DNA from: Alphaproteobacteria bacterium
Lineage (GTDB): Bacteria; Pseudomonadota; Alphaproteobacteria; JBFXJJ01
Reading direction: 5' to 3'
NCBI GenBank assembly: GCA_050175015.1
Contig: JBFXJJ010000011.1
Coordinates: forward strand, 24,570-88,569
DNA length: 64,000 nt
The position numbers and the translations under genes were made by a program. Below the pieces are notes generated by a model, which worked only from the letters and a program-made list of their open reading frames with translations, searched no databases and was not told the DNA's origin. Positions 21,335 to 35,889 of this stretch are shown one piece after another (position 1 is the first letter of the stretch; each line of letters begins with the position of its first letter).

Positions 21335-21610
21335 TTTAAAAATTACAGCTATAATTTCTAATTAACTTGTACATTTTTGCTTTGCTACAAGCTTTAGTAA
21401 AACCTTCTCATTTTTGTAAAAATAAAAATCGAAACAGCTTTAAAAAATAACGTTTTTAAGAATTATTTTGTTCTTTTAAACCTAGATGTTTTACGGTTAG
21501 TTCTACTATTTTGTTTTTGTCTTACGGCAAGTGCCAATATGCGGCTTTACTTTTAAAGTTGCAAAGCAGTTTTTTATGTTTAACGAAAACAATTTATTCT
21601 AAGCTGTCTT

Positions 21611-22105
21611 TTATTCTATTTCTTCTGTATTTTCAACAGGGTCTGCTTCAAACAACTTTTTAGTTCTGGCTTGAAGCCTTCCATCTGTAATCATTAAGTC
21701 AACAGCGCCCTGTTCCGCAGGAATAGGGTCAGTAATACGATGACAGCGTCCCTCGATAAAAGCGCCAGGTTCAACTGCAATACTATCGTGAGCAACATCA
21801 CCGTCCATTCTAGCTGTGCTGGCAAAGAACACTGACTTAGCAATAAGCTGTCCTTTGATACAGCCATAAATTCTTGCTTCATCAACATTAACAGCGCCGA
21901 CAACCATACCAGTAATGCCAACAATTAATGTTCTACAGCGAACATCGCCCTCAACTTTACCGTCAACCTGAACTTCACCATCTCCAATTAAATCACCAGA
22001 AATAACTAAATCTTCACTTATAATTGATGGGGTTGTTTTAACATTGTTTTTTTCAAAATTATGATTATCTAAACCAGATTTACTTTTCTTATCCTTTGAA
22101 AACAT
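21611..22105 (-). CDS. Bactofilin (polymer-forming cytoskeletal protein)
   Basis: SIISEDLVISGDL...VQVDGKVEGDV...AVEPGAFIEG beta-helix repeats. Confidence 0.9.
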   Translation of the reverse strand: MFSKDKKSKSGLDNHNFEKNNVKTTPSIISEDLVISGDLIGDGEVQVDGKVEGDVRCRTLIVGITGMVVGAVNVDEARIYGCIKGQLIAKSVFFASTARMDGDVAHDSIAVEPGAFIEGRCHRITDPIPAEQGAVDLMITDGRLQARTKKLFEADPVENTEEIE

Positions 22106-23456
22106 CTCTTTTCACCTTGATAAAATCGATTGGGTTAACAGGATTGTTTTTAATTCTAACTTCATAATGAAGATGGTTGCCTGTACTTCTGCCAGTACTG
22201 CCCATTTTCCCAATCACTTGCTGTGTTGTAACGTAATCGCCTTTTTTGACATCTATTTCACTCAAATGAGCATACCTTGTTTTAAATCCCAAGCCATGGT
22301 CTATTTCAACAATATTACCATACCAGCCCCAAGGACCAGCTCTTGAAACTTTACCATTAGCTCTAGCGTAAATATTTTCGCCCTCATGCCCAGCTAAATC
22401 GACGCCTTCATGCCTAGCTCTCTTGCCATTGAATGGGTCTATTCTATAACCAAAACCAGATGTAACTTTAATACTTTTCACTGGCTTGCCTAGAGGAATC
22501 TTTTCCTGCAGATTATAAAGCATACTCCATTCGTCTAACTTGTCATTAATTTCTTCAAGACTATTATTAAGCTGCTTATTTCTTAAATCAGGAAGTTCGG
22601 CGGGAACAAAAGGACCGCCTTGACCAAAAAGCTCTTTAGTACTTTTTAGTAAATCTTCGATTTTGATGCCTGATTTTTCTAGAACACTATCTAAACTTTT
22701 CAAACTTTTTTCTATAATATCTATTTTGCCATCAGCTAAAACTGCCATTCTTTCGATAACCTGCATTTGGGCTTCTTGCATCTCAGCGACTAAAGTTTCC
22801 AGATCTTTAACTTTATTTTTAAGCGTATCACTTTCAGAATTGGCAATATCTCTTTGCAAAACGACTTTACGCAGCTCATATTCTAGCGACTGCTGGTCTA
22901 CTATAGCCCAAGACATTTTAGATGACAGCTCGTCCATACGGGAATCTATAAAATCAATTTCGTTTTTAACTAAATTAGTCTCATTAATAAGATCTGCAGC
23001 TTTATCAGCTTCGGCTTCATTTGATTTTTGTTTGTCTTTATTTAAAGATGCAACTTGGGTTTTAGTATTTTTTGATTTGTTATCATATTGAGCATCTTGC
23101 GTTAAAAGATTAGCAAAATCTTTTTGCTTTTTTTCAAGCTCCGAAAACAAGTCAGAAACGTGTTCTTTATAAACCGCAACTTCTTCTAAAAGCCTTGAAT
23201 AAGCATTTCTTGATTCTTTGATATTACGGTTTTTATTTTCAATTATATTATTATTGTAAATAAACATATAAGAAACAAAACTTGTCCAGACCACAAAAGA
23301 AACAACAAGAGTAAAGACTGCAACTTGTTTAAAAGGCGTTAAAATAACGTGTCTGACCCCACCCCCTGAACGTACAAGGAGTTGCCTTTCTTTAAATAAA
23401 AAGTTATATAAACTTTTTACTGTTTTATTCTTTTCTTTTGGGTCAAACTGAGACAT
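22089..23456 (-). CDS. M23 family peptidase with TM anchor and coiled coil
   Basis: HEGVD (HxxxD), YAHL, TGRSTGNHLHYEV. Confidence 0.92.
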   Translation of the reverse strand: MSQFDPKEKNKTVKSLYNFLFKERQLLVRSGGGVRHVILTPFKQVAVFTLVVSFVVWTSFVSYMFIYNNNIIENKNRNIKESRNAYSRLLEEVAVYKEHVSDLFSELEKKQKDFANLLTQDAQYDNKSKNTKTQVASLNKDKQKSNEAEADKAADLINETNLVKNEIDFIDSRMDELSSKMSWAIVDQQSLEYELRKVVLQRDIANSESDTLKNKVKDLETLVAEMQEAQMQVIERMAVLADGKIDIIEKSLKSLDSVLEKSGIKIEDLLKSTKELFGQGGPFVPAELPDLRNKQLNNSLEEINDKLDEWSMLYNLQEKIPLGKPVKSIKVTSGFGYRIDPFNGKRARHEGVDLAGHEGENIYARANGKVSRAGPWGWYGNIVEIDHGLGFKTRYAHLSEIDVKKGDYVTTQQVIGKMGSTGRSTGNHLHYEVRIKNNPVNPIDFIKVKRDVFKG

Positions 23457-23613
23457 ACAAAAATCCAGAAAAATAACGATAAAAATACAACTTAAGTTTA
23501 TACCTGCAACAGGAAAAGCTAGCAACCAAAAAGTTATCTTATTATATTATAATACATAACTTGGGATAAAATAGATTAATTTTTTTTAACATAAAACAAG
23601 GTACGCAACTATT

Positions 23614-24087
23614 ATGATAGAAAACCTCAAAAATAAAACCGCTGTAATTTTATCAACTTGGTTTGGTGTGGGATTAATCCCTTTTGCACCAGGGACTTTT
23701 GGTTCGTTTTTTGCGCTGCCTTTTGCTTTTGCTATATTAAAATATTCCAACTGGCTTTTTTTGCTTGGAGCCGCTGTTCTAATCTTTTTTATTGGCATAA
23801 AAACAGCTTCTATTTACGAAAAAATCTTAGCCAAGAAAGACCCTAAACAAGTAGTTATTGATGAGGTTCTTGGTCAATGGCTGGCTTTACTCCCTGCATC
23901 TTTAGATCCGCTATCTTTTGCCATAGGGTTTGCCTTGTTCCGCTTCTTTGACATCAGCAAAATCTGGCCTGCTTCTTGGGCGGACAAAGAGCTTGGAGGC
24001 GGTCTTGGAATTATGCTTGATGATTTAATTGCAGGTGTTTACTCGGCTGCTATTCTTTTTTCGCTAAAATATTTTGCCGTAATTTAA
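23614..24087 (+). CDS. pgpA: Phosphatidylglycerophosphatase A
   Basis: [37 protein letters not shown]. Confidence 0.92.
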   Translation: MIENLKNKTAVILSTWFGVGLIPFAPGTFGSFFALPFAFAILKYSNWLFLLGAAVLIFFIGIKTASIYEKILAKKDPKQVVIDEVLGQWLALLPASLDPLSFAIGFALFRFFDISKIWPASWADKELGGGLGIMLDDLIAGVYSAAILFSLKYFAVI

Positions 24088-24940
24088 AAAAGTCTTTTGC
24101 GGCGTGATGAGATGAACGAGTAAGCGGCGTCGCGGAAACCATTGAAAAACCTCTGGCATACGCCTCTTTCTCATAATCAGCAAACTCTTCAGGCGTAACA
24201 TAACGTACAACCTCAGTATTTTTCATTGATGGTCTTAAATACTGTCCTATGGTTATAAAATCCACACCTGCGTTACGTAAATCGTCCATAAGAGATAGTA
24301 CTTCTTCTTTAGTTTCGCCTAAGCCAACCATAATTCCTGATTTTGTAAAAATTGACGAATCTATTTCCTTGGAACGTTTTAAAACACTTAAAGAAAATTG
24401 ATAGTCAGCGATTGGTCTAATTGTTTTATAAAGCGAAGGAACAGTTTCTAAATTATGGTTAAAGACATCTGGCTTTGCCATAACAACTTTCTCTAAAGCA
24501 CCCTCTTTGTTTTTAAAATCAGGGGTTAAAACTTCAATCGTAACTTTGGGATTAAGCCTTTTGATTTCCGTAATTGTTTTAGCAAAATGCTCAGCTCCGC
24601 CGTCCGCCAAATCATCTCGATCAACTGAGGTGATTACAGCGTGAACCAACCCCATAACATTTACGCTTTCAGCTATTTTAAGTGGCTCTTCGACATCAAG
24701 CGGTTGCGGTTTGCCTTTCTTAATATTACAGAAAGCGCATCTTCTAGTACAGACATCACCCATTATCATAAAGGTTGCAATCTTTTGCGACCAACATTCC
24801 CCGATATTAGGACAGCTTGCCTCTTCACAAACAGTGTGCAGACATTTTGATTTTACTAAACGCCTTACTTCTGCACATTCTTTATTGGTAGGAGCTTTAA
24901 CCCTAATCCAAGAAGGTTTTCTTAAGACTTCATTTTCCAT
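24050..24940 (-). CDS. lipA: Lipoyl synthase
   Basis: [26 protein letters not shown]. Confidence 0.96.
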   Translation of the reverse strand: MENEVLRKPSWIRVKAPTNKECAEVRRLVKSKCLHTVCEEASCPNIGECWSQKIATFMIMGDVCTRRCAFCNIKKGKPQPLDVEEPLKIAESVNVMGLVHAVITSVDRDDLADGGAEHFAKTITEIKRLNPKVTIEVLTPDFKNKEGALEKVVMAKPDVFNHNLETVPSLYKTIRPIADYQFSLSVLKRSKEIDSSIFTKSGIMVGLGETKEEVLSLMDDLRNAGVDFITIGQYLRPSMKNTEVVRYVTPEEFADYEKEAYARGFSMVSATPLTRSSHHAAKDFFKLRQNILAKKE

Positions 24941-24959
24941 TAATTATCTCTGAAATATT

Positions 24960-26360
24960 CTAAAAATTAATTGCCATATCCATAGCATCAAGAGCAGCTT
25001 CCGGCATCATCTCTGATAAAGTCGGGTGCGGAAAGACGGTATGAGCTAATTCTAATTCAGTTGTTTCCAGCTTTTTCGCAATAGCAAAACCTTGAATCAA
25101 CTCTGTAACTTCAGCTCCAACCATATGAGCCCCTAAAAGTTCTCCTGTTTTAGCATCAAAAATAGTTTTGACAAACCCTTCAGTTTCTTTCATTGCAATC
25201 GCTTTGCCGTTAGCAGAAAAAGGAAATCTTCCAACTCTAATACTGCGGTTTTCTTTCTCGGCCTCTTTCTCCGTCAAACCTATACTAGCAACTTGAGGAT
25301 AACAATAAACACAGGAAGGAATAGATAAAGGATCAAGCGGTTCAACATCTTTTTTGCCCGCTATTTTTTCAACACAGATAACAGCCTCGTGACTAGCCTT
25401 ATGAGCCAAAAATGGCGGCTTTGTAATATCTCCTAACGCATAGATTCCAGCTTCATCAGTTTCGCACCATTCGTTAACAGAAACATATCCTCTGTCCAAT
25501 TTTACTTTGGTGTTTTCTAAACCGAGATTATCCGTATTAGGTGCAACTCCAACTGCGACTAAAACATTATCAAACCTCAAGGTTTTGGTAATACCATCTT
25601 TTTCGATAGCAACAACAGCGTGGGTTTCTTTAGCCTCGACACTCTTAACGGTAGAACCAAGCTCAAACTTTATCCCTCTTTTGCTAAGATTCTTGAAAAT
25701 CAACTCCGAAACTTCGTCATCTTCCAACGGCAAAATCTTATCTAGAATTTCAACAACCGTAACCTCAACTCCAAAAGTATGATAAAAATCGGCAAATTCT
25801 ATCCCAATAGCCCCGCTGCCGATAACGAGAAGTGATTTAGGCATCTTTCTTGGAACAAGCGCATTTTTTGAAGTCCAAACAATATTACCATCAACCTCAA
25901 TATTAGGCAGAGCTCTTGGTCTTGCACCCGTAGCTAAAATAATATGTTTAGCTTGCAACGTTAAAACGTCTTTATTACTGCTTTCAACAAGCACTTCGCC
26001 TTTACCTGAAACTTTTGCTGTTCCTTCAATTAAATCCACTTCATTCTTTTTCAAAAGATATTTAACGCCCGCATTAAGTTTCTTAGAGACATTTCTAGAA
26101 CGTCTAACAACAGCCGTTAAATCAAAATCAATATTTTCAGCTTTAAGACCAAAATCAGAAGCCTCTTTCATATTACGATAAATATCCGCCGAACGAAGCA
26201 GCGCTTTTGTTGGGATACAACCCCAATTTAAGCAAACGCCGCCAACCTGATCTTTTTCAATAACCGCTGTTTTCATACCTAATTGAGCTGCTCTAATCCC
26301 TGCAACATATCCTCCAGGACCTGCACCAATTACAACGACATCATAGTTTTTTTCTGTCAT
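24960..26360 (-). CDS. lpdA: Dihydrolipoyl dehydrogenase (E3)
   Basis: GAGPGG, GGVCLNWGCIPTK, HPTLSE. Confidence 0.96.
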   Translation of the reverse strand: MTEKNYDVVVIGAGPGGYVAGIRAAQLGMKTAVIEKDQVGGVCLNWGCIPTKALLRSADIYRNMKEASDFGLKAENIDFDLTAVVRRSRNVSKKLNAGVKYLLKKNEVDLIEGTAKVSGKGEVLVESSNKDVLTLQAKHIILATGARPRALPNIEVDGNIVWTSKNALVPRKMPKSLLVIGSGAIGIEFADFYHTFGVEVTVVEILDKILPLEDDEVSELIFKNLSKRGIKFELGSTVKSVEAKETHAVVAIEKDGITKTLRFDNVLVAVGVAPNTDNLGLENTKVKLDRGYVSVNEWCETDEAGIYALGDITKPPFLAHKASHEAVICVEKIAGKKDVEPLDPLSIPSCVYCYPQVASIGLTEKEAEKENRSIRVGRFPFSANGKAIAMKETEGFVKTIFDAKTGELLGAHMVGAEVTELIQGFAIAKKLETTELELAHTVFPHPTLSEMMPEAALDAMDMAINF

Positions 26361-26396
26361 TTAACTTAAGACCTTATCTATTTTATATTGTTTTTT

Positions 26397-27677
26397 TTAA
26401 AGCATCATAACCAATGGTTCTTCAAGAATCTGCTTAAATTTAGCTAAGAATTCTGCGGCAGTTGCTCCGTCAACCGCACGATGATCAACCGATAATGTGC
26501 AGGTCATCATATTAGCAACAGCGATTGAACCTTCTCTAACTATCAATCTTTGCTCAGCTTTACCGATTGATAAAATGCAAGACTGCGGAGGATTAATAAT
26601 AGCAGAAAAATCTTTTATGCCATACATACCTAAGTTAGAAATTGTGAAGTTTCCTCCTTGATATTCTTCTGGAACCAATTTCCCAGCCCTTGCTTTTTCT
26701 GCCAAATTTTTAATTGAACGAGAAATATCAGGAAGTCTTCTGCGGTCAACATTTCTAATAACAGGTGTAAATAAGCCGCCAGGCGTTGAAACCGCAACAG
26801 CAACGTCAACATTGTTATACATTCTGATAGAATCTTCATTCCAAGAAACATTAACTTGAGGAACTTTGCGCATTGCCATAGCCACAGCCTTAACAACAAA
26901 ATCATTAATCGTAAGCTTATAATTAAGACCTAACTGTTCAGCTTTTTGATTAAGCTCTTTTCTTGCTTTTTCCAAATTCTCAAGCTCACAGTCTATCGTC
27001 AAATAAAAATGTGGAATATTTTGTTTTGATTCCTGCATTCTTTGGGCAATAACTTTTCTCATACCAGTAAGAGGAACATCTTTGTAAGAAGGCATTTCCA
27101 CACTTGAAATCAGTCCCATTTTGTTTTCATCTGAAATAGCCACCGCACTTGAAGAACTGTTTTGTTTAGAGGCAACCGCACGTTCAACATCGGCTTTAGT
27201 AATTCTGCCGTTATGCCCTGTGCCTTGAATATCAGCAATATCCACCCCTGCTTCCTGTGCTACTTTTCTTGCTAACGGACTAATAACAACCCGTTCATCA
27301 TTATCTGAAAAATCATCATCAATATCGTCGTTTAAATCTTCATCAAGTTCATAAGATGCGTCTGTCATTTCATCACCTTTTTCTTCATCTTTAAAATCGT
27401 CTTCGTTTTTGGCTTCATTTTCTTTAAAATCCTCGCCATCTTCTACTAGAACTGCGATTGGAGAATTAACGGGAACCGCATCAGTTCCTTCTGCTACGAT
27501 AATTTTTCCAAGAATACCCTCATCTGCCGCCTCAACCTCCATTGTTGCTTTGTCAGTTTCAATTTCAGCAATAACATCACCGCTTACAACTTTATCACCT
27601 TCTTTTTTTAACCATTTTATAAGTTTGCCTTCTGTCATAGTTGGAGATAATGCGGGCATTAAGATTTCAATAGACAT
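26397..27677 (-). CDS. pdhC: Pyruvate dehydrogenase E2
   Basis: Lipoyl domain IETDKATME, binding domain SPLARK, DHRAVDGA. Confidence 0.95.
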   Translation of the reverse strand: MSIEILMPALSPTMTEGKLIKWLKKEGDKVVSGDVIAEIETDKATMEVEAADEGILGKIIVAEGTDAVPVNSPIAVLVEDGEDFKENEAKNEDDFKDEEKGDEMTDASYELDEDLNDDIDDDFSDNDERVVISPLARKVAQEAGVDIADIQGTGHNGRITKADVERAVASKQNSSSSAVAISDENKMGLISSVEMPSYKDVPLTGMRKVIAQRMQESKQNIPHFYLTIDCELENLEKARKELNQKAEQLGLNYKLTINDFVVKAVAMAMRKVPQVNVSWNEDSIRMYNNVDVAVAVSTPGGLFTPVIRNVDRRRLPDISRSIKNLAEKARAGKLVPEEYQGGNFTISNLGMYGIKDFSAIINPPQSCILSIGKAEQRLIVREGSIAVANMMTCTLSVDHRAVDGATAAEFLAKFKQILEEPLVMML

Positions 27678-27692
27678 ATTCGTAAGTTCCAA

Positions 27693-28676
27693 TCAAATTT
27701 CTAAATTAATAAGTTTTTTTACTGCTTTTATAATTTTTGCTTCATCAGGTAAAGCCAATTTTTCAAGATTTGAAGCATAAGGAAGAGGTACGTCCTCTCC
27801 TGTTATTCTAACCATAGGAGCATCTAACCAGTCAAAAGCTTTTTCCATAATCTGAGCAGCTATTTCCGCTCCAATTCCAGAAAACGACCAACCTTCTTCA
27901 ACGGTTATAATGCGATTTGTTTTCTTGATTGATGTGGCAATCGTATCAAAATCAAGCGGTCTTATGGTTCTAAGATTAATCACTTCGGCTTTGATATTAT
28001 CCGCAGCTAATTTATCCGCAGCTTTAAGAGCAAGCCCCACCATACGTGAAAAGGCAACAATCGTAACATCGCTTCCCTCTTTCTCAATTTTAGCCTTGCC
28101 GATAGGCAAAACTAAATCATCTTTATCAGGAATAGAAAAAGTTTCGCCATAAAGAAGCTCGTTTTCCAAAAAAACAACAGGATTAGGATCCCTAATCGCT
28201 GCTTTTAAAAGCCCCTTGGCATCTTCTGCCGAATAAGGAGCAACAACTTTAAGCCCAGGACAATGCGCATACCAACTGGCAAAACACTGAGAATGCTGAG
28301 CTGCAACCCTTGATGCAACACCGTTAGGTCCTCTGAAGACAATCGGACAAGTCATTTTTCCGCCAGACATATAAAGCGTTTTAGCTGCTGAATTAATAAT
28401 TTGATCAATCGCCTGCATTGCAAAATTAAAAGTCATAAATTCAACAATAGGCTTAAGCCCAGAAAAAGCTGCTCCGACCCCAAGTCCTGCAAAACCCATC
28501 TCGGTTATCGGCGTGTCAATAACTCTTTTTTCGCCAAACTCTTCTAAAAGCCCCTGACTAACCTTATAAGCACCTTGATATTGGCCAACCTCTTCACCCA
28601 TAAGAAAAATGGCTTCATCTTTTCTCATTTCTTCCGCCATAGCATCACGCAAAGCTTCTCTAACGGTAATCTCCAT
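27693..28676 (-). CDS. pdhB: Pyruvate dehydrogenase E1 beta
   Basis: [26 protein letters not shown]. Confidence 0.95.
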   Translation of the reverse strand: MEITVREALRDAMAEEMRKDEAIFLMGEEVGQYQGAYKVSQGLLEEFGEKRVIDTPITEMGFAGLGVGAAFSGLKPIVEFMTFNFAMQAIDQIINSAAKTLYMSGGKMTCPIVFRGPNGVASRVAAQHSQCFASWYAHCPGLKVVAPYSAEDAKGLLKAAIRDPNPVVFLENELLYGETFSIPDKDDLVLPIGKAKIEKEGSDVTIVAFSRMVGLALKAADKLAADNIKAEVINLRTIRPLDFDTIATSIKKTNRIITVEEGWSFSGIGAEIAAQIMEKAFDWLDAPMVRITGEDVPLPYASNLEKLALPDEAKIIKAVKKLINLEI

Positions 28677-28677
28677 A

Positions 28678-29679
28678 TCAAGCCTCCGCCACAACGTCAG
28701 TGTAAAGTTCTAAAGCATCTGGTTCCGAGCTGGATTTAGCAAACTCAACAGCCTCTAAAACAATCTCTTTAACTTCGCTATCAATCTTTTTAAATTCATC
28801 TTCAGAAGCAAGATTATTCTCAAGTATATAGCTTTTTACTTGGTCAATAGGGTCATTTTCCTGCCTAATTTTGCTTACTTCTTCTTTCGTGCGGTATTTG
28901 GCAGGATCGGACATAGAATGCCCTCGATAACGGTAAGTTTTCATTTCCAGAATATAAGGTCTTTGGTTTGCCCTGACTTCCTCAACAACTTTTTCACCCG
29001 TTTTTCGTATTTCCAGCAAATCCATACCATCAATAACTTTGCCCTTAATGCCATAAGCTTCACCACGATAATAAAGCTCGGTATTAGCAGAAGCTCTTTC
29101 AACAGAAGTTCCCATAGCATAACGGTTGTTTTCAACAATATAAACTATAGGCAGTCCCCACAAAGACGCCATATTAAAGGATTCATAAACCTGCCCTTGG
29201 TTGACAGCGCCATCACCCAAATAGCAAAAAGTTATTCCGCCGTCATTCTTATATTTATGAGCGAAGGCAAGCCCTGTACCGATAGGAACTTGAGCGCCAA
29301 CGATACCATGCCCGCCAAAAAAATTCTTTTCGATACTGAACATATGCATAGAACCGCCCTTGCCTTTAGAATAACCATCTATCCGCCCTGTAAGCTCTGC
29401 CATAACGCCTCGGGCTTCCATTCCGCAAGCCAGCATATGTCCGTGATCTCTGTAACTTGTAATAACCGTATCTTGAGTTTTACGGCAAGACTGCATTCCA
29501 ACAACAACCGCTTCCTGCCCAATGTATAAATGGCAAAAGCCACCTATCAGCCCCATACCATAGAGCTGCCCTGCTTTTTCTTCAAATCTTCGAATCAAAA
29601 GCATATCTCGGTAGTTGTTAATTAAATCTTTGAAACTAGATTCTTGATTGTTTTTGTTCAAAAAAAACCTCACATTCAA
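28678..29679 (-). CDS. pdhA: Pyruvate dehydrogenase E1 alpha
   Basis: [30 protein letters not shown]; start codon uncertain. Confidence 0.94.
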   Translation of the reverse strand: MNVRFFLNKNNQESSFKDLINNYRDMLLIRRFEEKAGQLYGMGLIGGFCHLYIGQEAVVVGMQSCRKTQDTVITSYRDHGHMLACGMEARGVMAELTGRIDGYSKGKGGSMHMFSIEKNFFGGHGIVGAQVPIGTGLAFAHKYKNDGGITFCYLGDGAVNQGQVYESFNMASLWGLPIVYIVENNRYAMGTSVERASANTELYYRGEAYGIKGKVIDGMDLLEIRKTGEKVVEEVRANQRPYILEMKTYRYRGHSMSDPAKYRTKEEVSKIRQENDPIDQVKSYILENNLASEDEFKKIDSEVKEIVLEAVEFAKSSSEPDALELYTDVVAEA

Positions 29680-29740
29680 ACTAACTAGGAAAAAAGCATA
29701 ACATTACCTAAAAAAAATTGTAAGGCTAAAAAACAAAAAA

Positions 29741-29765
29741 CAATTAACCAAAACAAGGTTAATTG
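29741..29765 (-). terminator. Hairpin downstream of ftsB
   Basis: CAATTAACC/GGTTAATTG inverted repeat followed by T-run on the minus strand. Confidence 0.55.
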
Positions 29766-29796
29766 TTATAAAACAGCTATTAACTATTTGAAATAA

Positions 29797-30114
29797 TTAG
29801 TTATTATCCTCAATTATGACGAGTTCGTTTTCGCCTCTTAAATTAAGAATTTTCCTAGCACATTCATCTAGCATATCTAAATCAAGGCTTTCTGGAGAAA
29901 GATGAGCAACTTTTTTTTCTAAATCCTGCTTTTCTTTAGAAACATTTGTAGCGATTCTTTGGGTTTGAGCTAAATCCTGCCTTAATGCCAACCAACGAAA
30001 AAGCCCTCTATCGCCGCTCACAGCGTGATAACCAAAATAAACGAACATAACTCCGCAAAAAAACGGAGCAATTATGCTTCTTATTCTATTTTTTAGTTCG
30101 GCTAACAACTGCAT
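29797..30114 (-). CDS. ftsB: Septum formation initiator FtsB/DivIC
   Basis: TM, GDRGL, coiled coil, LDLDMLDECAR; conserved eno-ftsB-pdhA context. Confidence 0.85.
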   Translation of the reverse strand: MQLLAELKNRIRSIIAPFFCGVMFVYFGYHAVSGDRGLFRWLALRQDLAQTQRIATNVSKEKQDLEKKVAHLSPESLDLDMLDECARKILNLRGENELVIIEDNN

Positions 30115-30251
30115 TCTTCTTTTTCTCTTTAACTTACTTCGATTCGAGGATTGCAAATAAACCAAAAAAATTCAAACTTTTTTTCGCAAATTTAGTTTTA
30201 AAAAAATAATACCACAACGTTTATTAATATATTTTAAATATTATACCTTAT

Positions 30252-30650
30252 TTAGTCTTGCGCTAGTTCTTGATCTTTAATCTTCCATTTAATTTTAGCT
30301 GTTTTCACCTCTTCCGATTCTGGATCAGCAAACTGCCAACCAAGACTTAAAAGTTTTTTAGCCGTAAGCTCATTTCCAAAAAGAGCCAAAGCTGTGCTGA
30401 GACCATTTAAACCGTGCCTAATATATTTGTCGTATTCTTCAAGGTACAAAGAAAAATTTTCATTAAGAGATATAAGAAAAAAAACGGGCAGAATTAAGAA
30501 AAAACAAAAACCTATGCTGTAAAGTTTCCTAAAAAACAATGGAATGCCAAAAAAGGTAGCAAAAAAGAGTATATCCCAACTAAGCCCTACTTTTACCTTT
30601 TTTACTTTTAACGTTTTAGGGTTATACATCTGAATTCTGATTGTTTTCAT
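30252..30650 (-). CDS. Small membrane protein (DUF2628-like)
   Basis: KVGLSWDILFF...GIPLFFRK...FGNELTAKKLLSLGW pattern. Confidence 0.65.
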   Translation of the reverse strand: MKTIRIQMYNPKTLKVKKVKVGLSWDILFFATFFGIPLFFRKLYSIGFCFFLILPVFFLISLNENFSLYLEEYDKYIRHGLNGLSTALALFGNELTAKKLLSLGWQFADPESEEVKTAKIKWKIKDQELAQD

Positions 30651-30731
30651 ATCTCTCTTTCCATATAAAGAATTAAAACTAACTCTTATTCTAGAAGCAT
30701 ACGTTTAAAAAGTTCAAATTAAAAAACAAAA

Positions 30732-30764
30732 AAAAGGCGCTTTAATTTAATTAAAACGCCTTTT
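30732..30764 (-). terminator. Rho-independent terminator of eno
   Basis: AAAAGGCG...CGCCTTTT stem, T-run on minus strand. Confidence 0.65.
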
Positions 30765-30794
30765 CTTATTAAACTTTGTTACAAGTTTTAATGA

Positions 30795-32961
<2,167 letters not shown>

Positions 32962-32964
32962 TTT

Positions 32965-34626
<1,662 letters not shown>

Positions 34627-34965
34627 TTATTCTGCGGATACTGGAGCAGCTGGAACCTCAACTGGAGCGACAGGAGCTTCGCTGCTTTGCTCTTGAGCTA
34701 CAGGTTGATCCAAAACTGATTTAACCTCAACTACGGTCTGGCGAGACATTAGAGCTAAAGTTAAACTTGTTACCATAAAGATAACTCCAAAAATTGCGGT
34801 AAGCCTAGTCAAAATGTTGCCAGCACCTTTTGCAGTAACAAGTCCCATAGGACCACTGCCGCCGCCTAAACCGCTTAAAGCCCCACCTTCCGAACGCTGC
34901 AATAAAATTACAACAACCATCGCTAAGGCTACGAAAAGATGTATTACAATTAAAACTGTCTGCAT
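34627..34965 (-). CDS. secG: Preprotein translocase subunit SecG
   Basis: ILLQRSEGG, NILTRLT; two TMs; follows tpiA. Confidence 0.92.
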   Translation of the reverse strand: MQTVLIVIHLFVALAMVVVILLQRSEGGALSGLGGGSGPMGLVTAKGAGNILTRLTAIFGVIFMVTSLTLALMSRQTVVEVKSVLDQPVAQEQSSEAPVAPVEVPAAPVSAE

Positions 34966-35007
34966 TACTAAATTTCCTAAAATTTTAATTTTTGATAGTT
35001 ATAAACT

Positions 35008-35760
35008 CTATAAACGACTTTTGGCAATAGCTATAAAATCATCTGCTTTTAAACTTGCGCCGCCAACCAATGCGCCGTCAACATTTGCAATGCTAAGCAA
35101 TTCTTTAGCATTTGATGGTTTTACTGAACCACCATAAAGGAGTTGAAGCTTGTCTGCTTCTGCACCCATTTTTTCAACTGCAAATTTTCTAATGGCTGCG
35201 TGAACTTCTTCGACATCGGCATTTGTTGGGGTTTTACCCGTGCCGATTGCCCAAACTGGTTCATAAGCGATAACTGTATTTTCGCCATTAGATACGGCTG
35301 GAACAGATTTTTTAAACTGTTCTTCGCAAACATTAATTGTTTTGCCTGCATCTCTTTCAGCTTCGGTTTCACCAATACAAATAACAGCTTTCAATCCTTC
35401 TTTGATAGCAGCTTCAGCTTTAGCACAAATTAGCTCATTGCTTTCTTTGTGATAAGTTCTTCTTTCTGAGTGACCTAGAATAACATAATCACAACCTAAA
35501 TCTTTAAGCATTTTAGCACTGATGTCTCCGGTATATGCTCCAGACTCGTTAGTATGGCAGTCTTGAGCACCAACACTAACGCCAGAACCTTTAACTGCAT
35601 CTAAAACCTTGCTCAAAAGAGTAAATGGAGGACAAACCAACATTGAAGCTTTTTCACTTTGGTTCTGTGAATAAAATTGTGCAACTTCTTTGGCTAAAGA
35701 TTCGCCATCTTTAGTTAAACCGTTCATTTTCCAGTTACCTGCTATTAAAGCTTTTCTCAT
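35008..35760 (-). CDS. tpiA: Triosephosphate isomerase
   Basis: AGNWKMN, GHSERR, AYEPVWAIGTG, YGGSV. Confidence 0.97.
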   Translation of the reverse strand: MRKALIAGNWKMNGLTKDGESLAKEVAQFYSQNQSEKASMLVCPPFTLLSKVLDAVKGSGVSVGAQDCHTNESGAYTGDISAKMLKDLGCDYVILGHSERRTYHKESNELICAKAEAAIKEGLKAVICIGETEAERDAGKTINVCEEQFKKSVPAVSNGENTVIAYEPVWAIGTGKTPTNADVEEVHAAIRKFAVEKMGAEADKLQLLYGGSVKPSNAKELLSIANVDGALVGGASLKADDFIAIAKSRL

Positions 35761-35889
35761 CTATCTTTTCCTTTGCTATAAAATTTAGTATATTTTTTTA
35801 ATTCTATATTGTTTAGCTTTGATTAAAAGGTTATACAACTAATAACCTTTTTTACAATAACTTTTATTTTTTTATAGTGAACAAACCTC

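Noticed and set aside
21335-21610. Possible tmRNA or sRNA downstream of smpB
   Set aside because: AT-rich, no tRNA-like ends, tag reading frame or strong stems recognised
28840-29529. 229-aa plus-strand ORF, and similar long antisense ORFs such as 56740-57333
   Set aside because: Fully antisense to conserved genes (pdhA, gyrA) with no recognisable motifs
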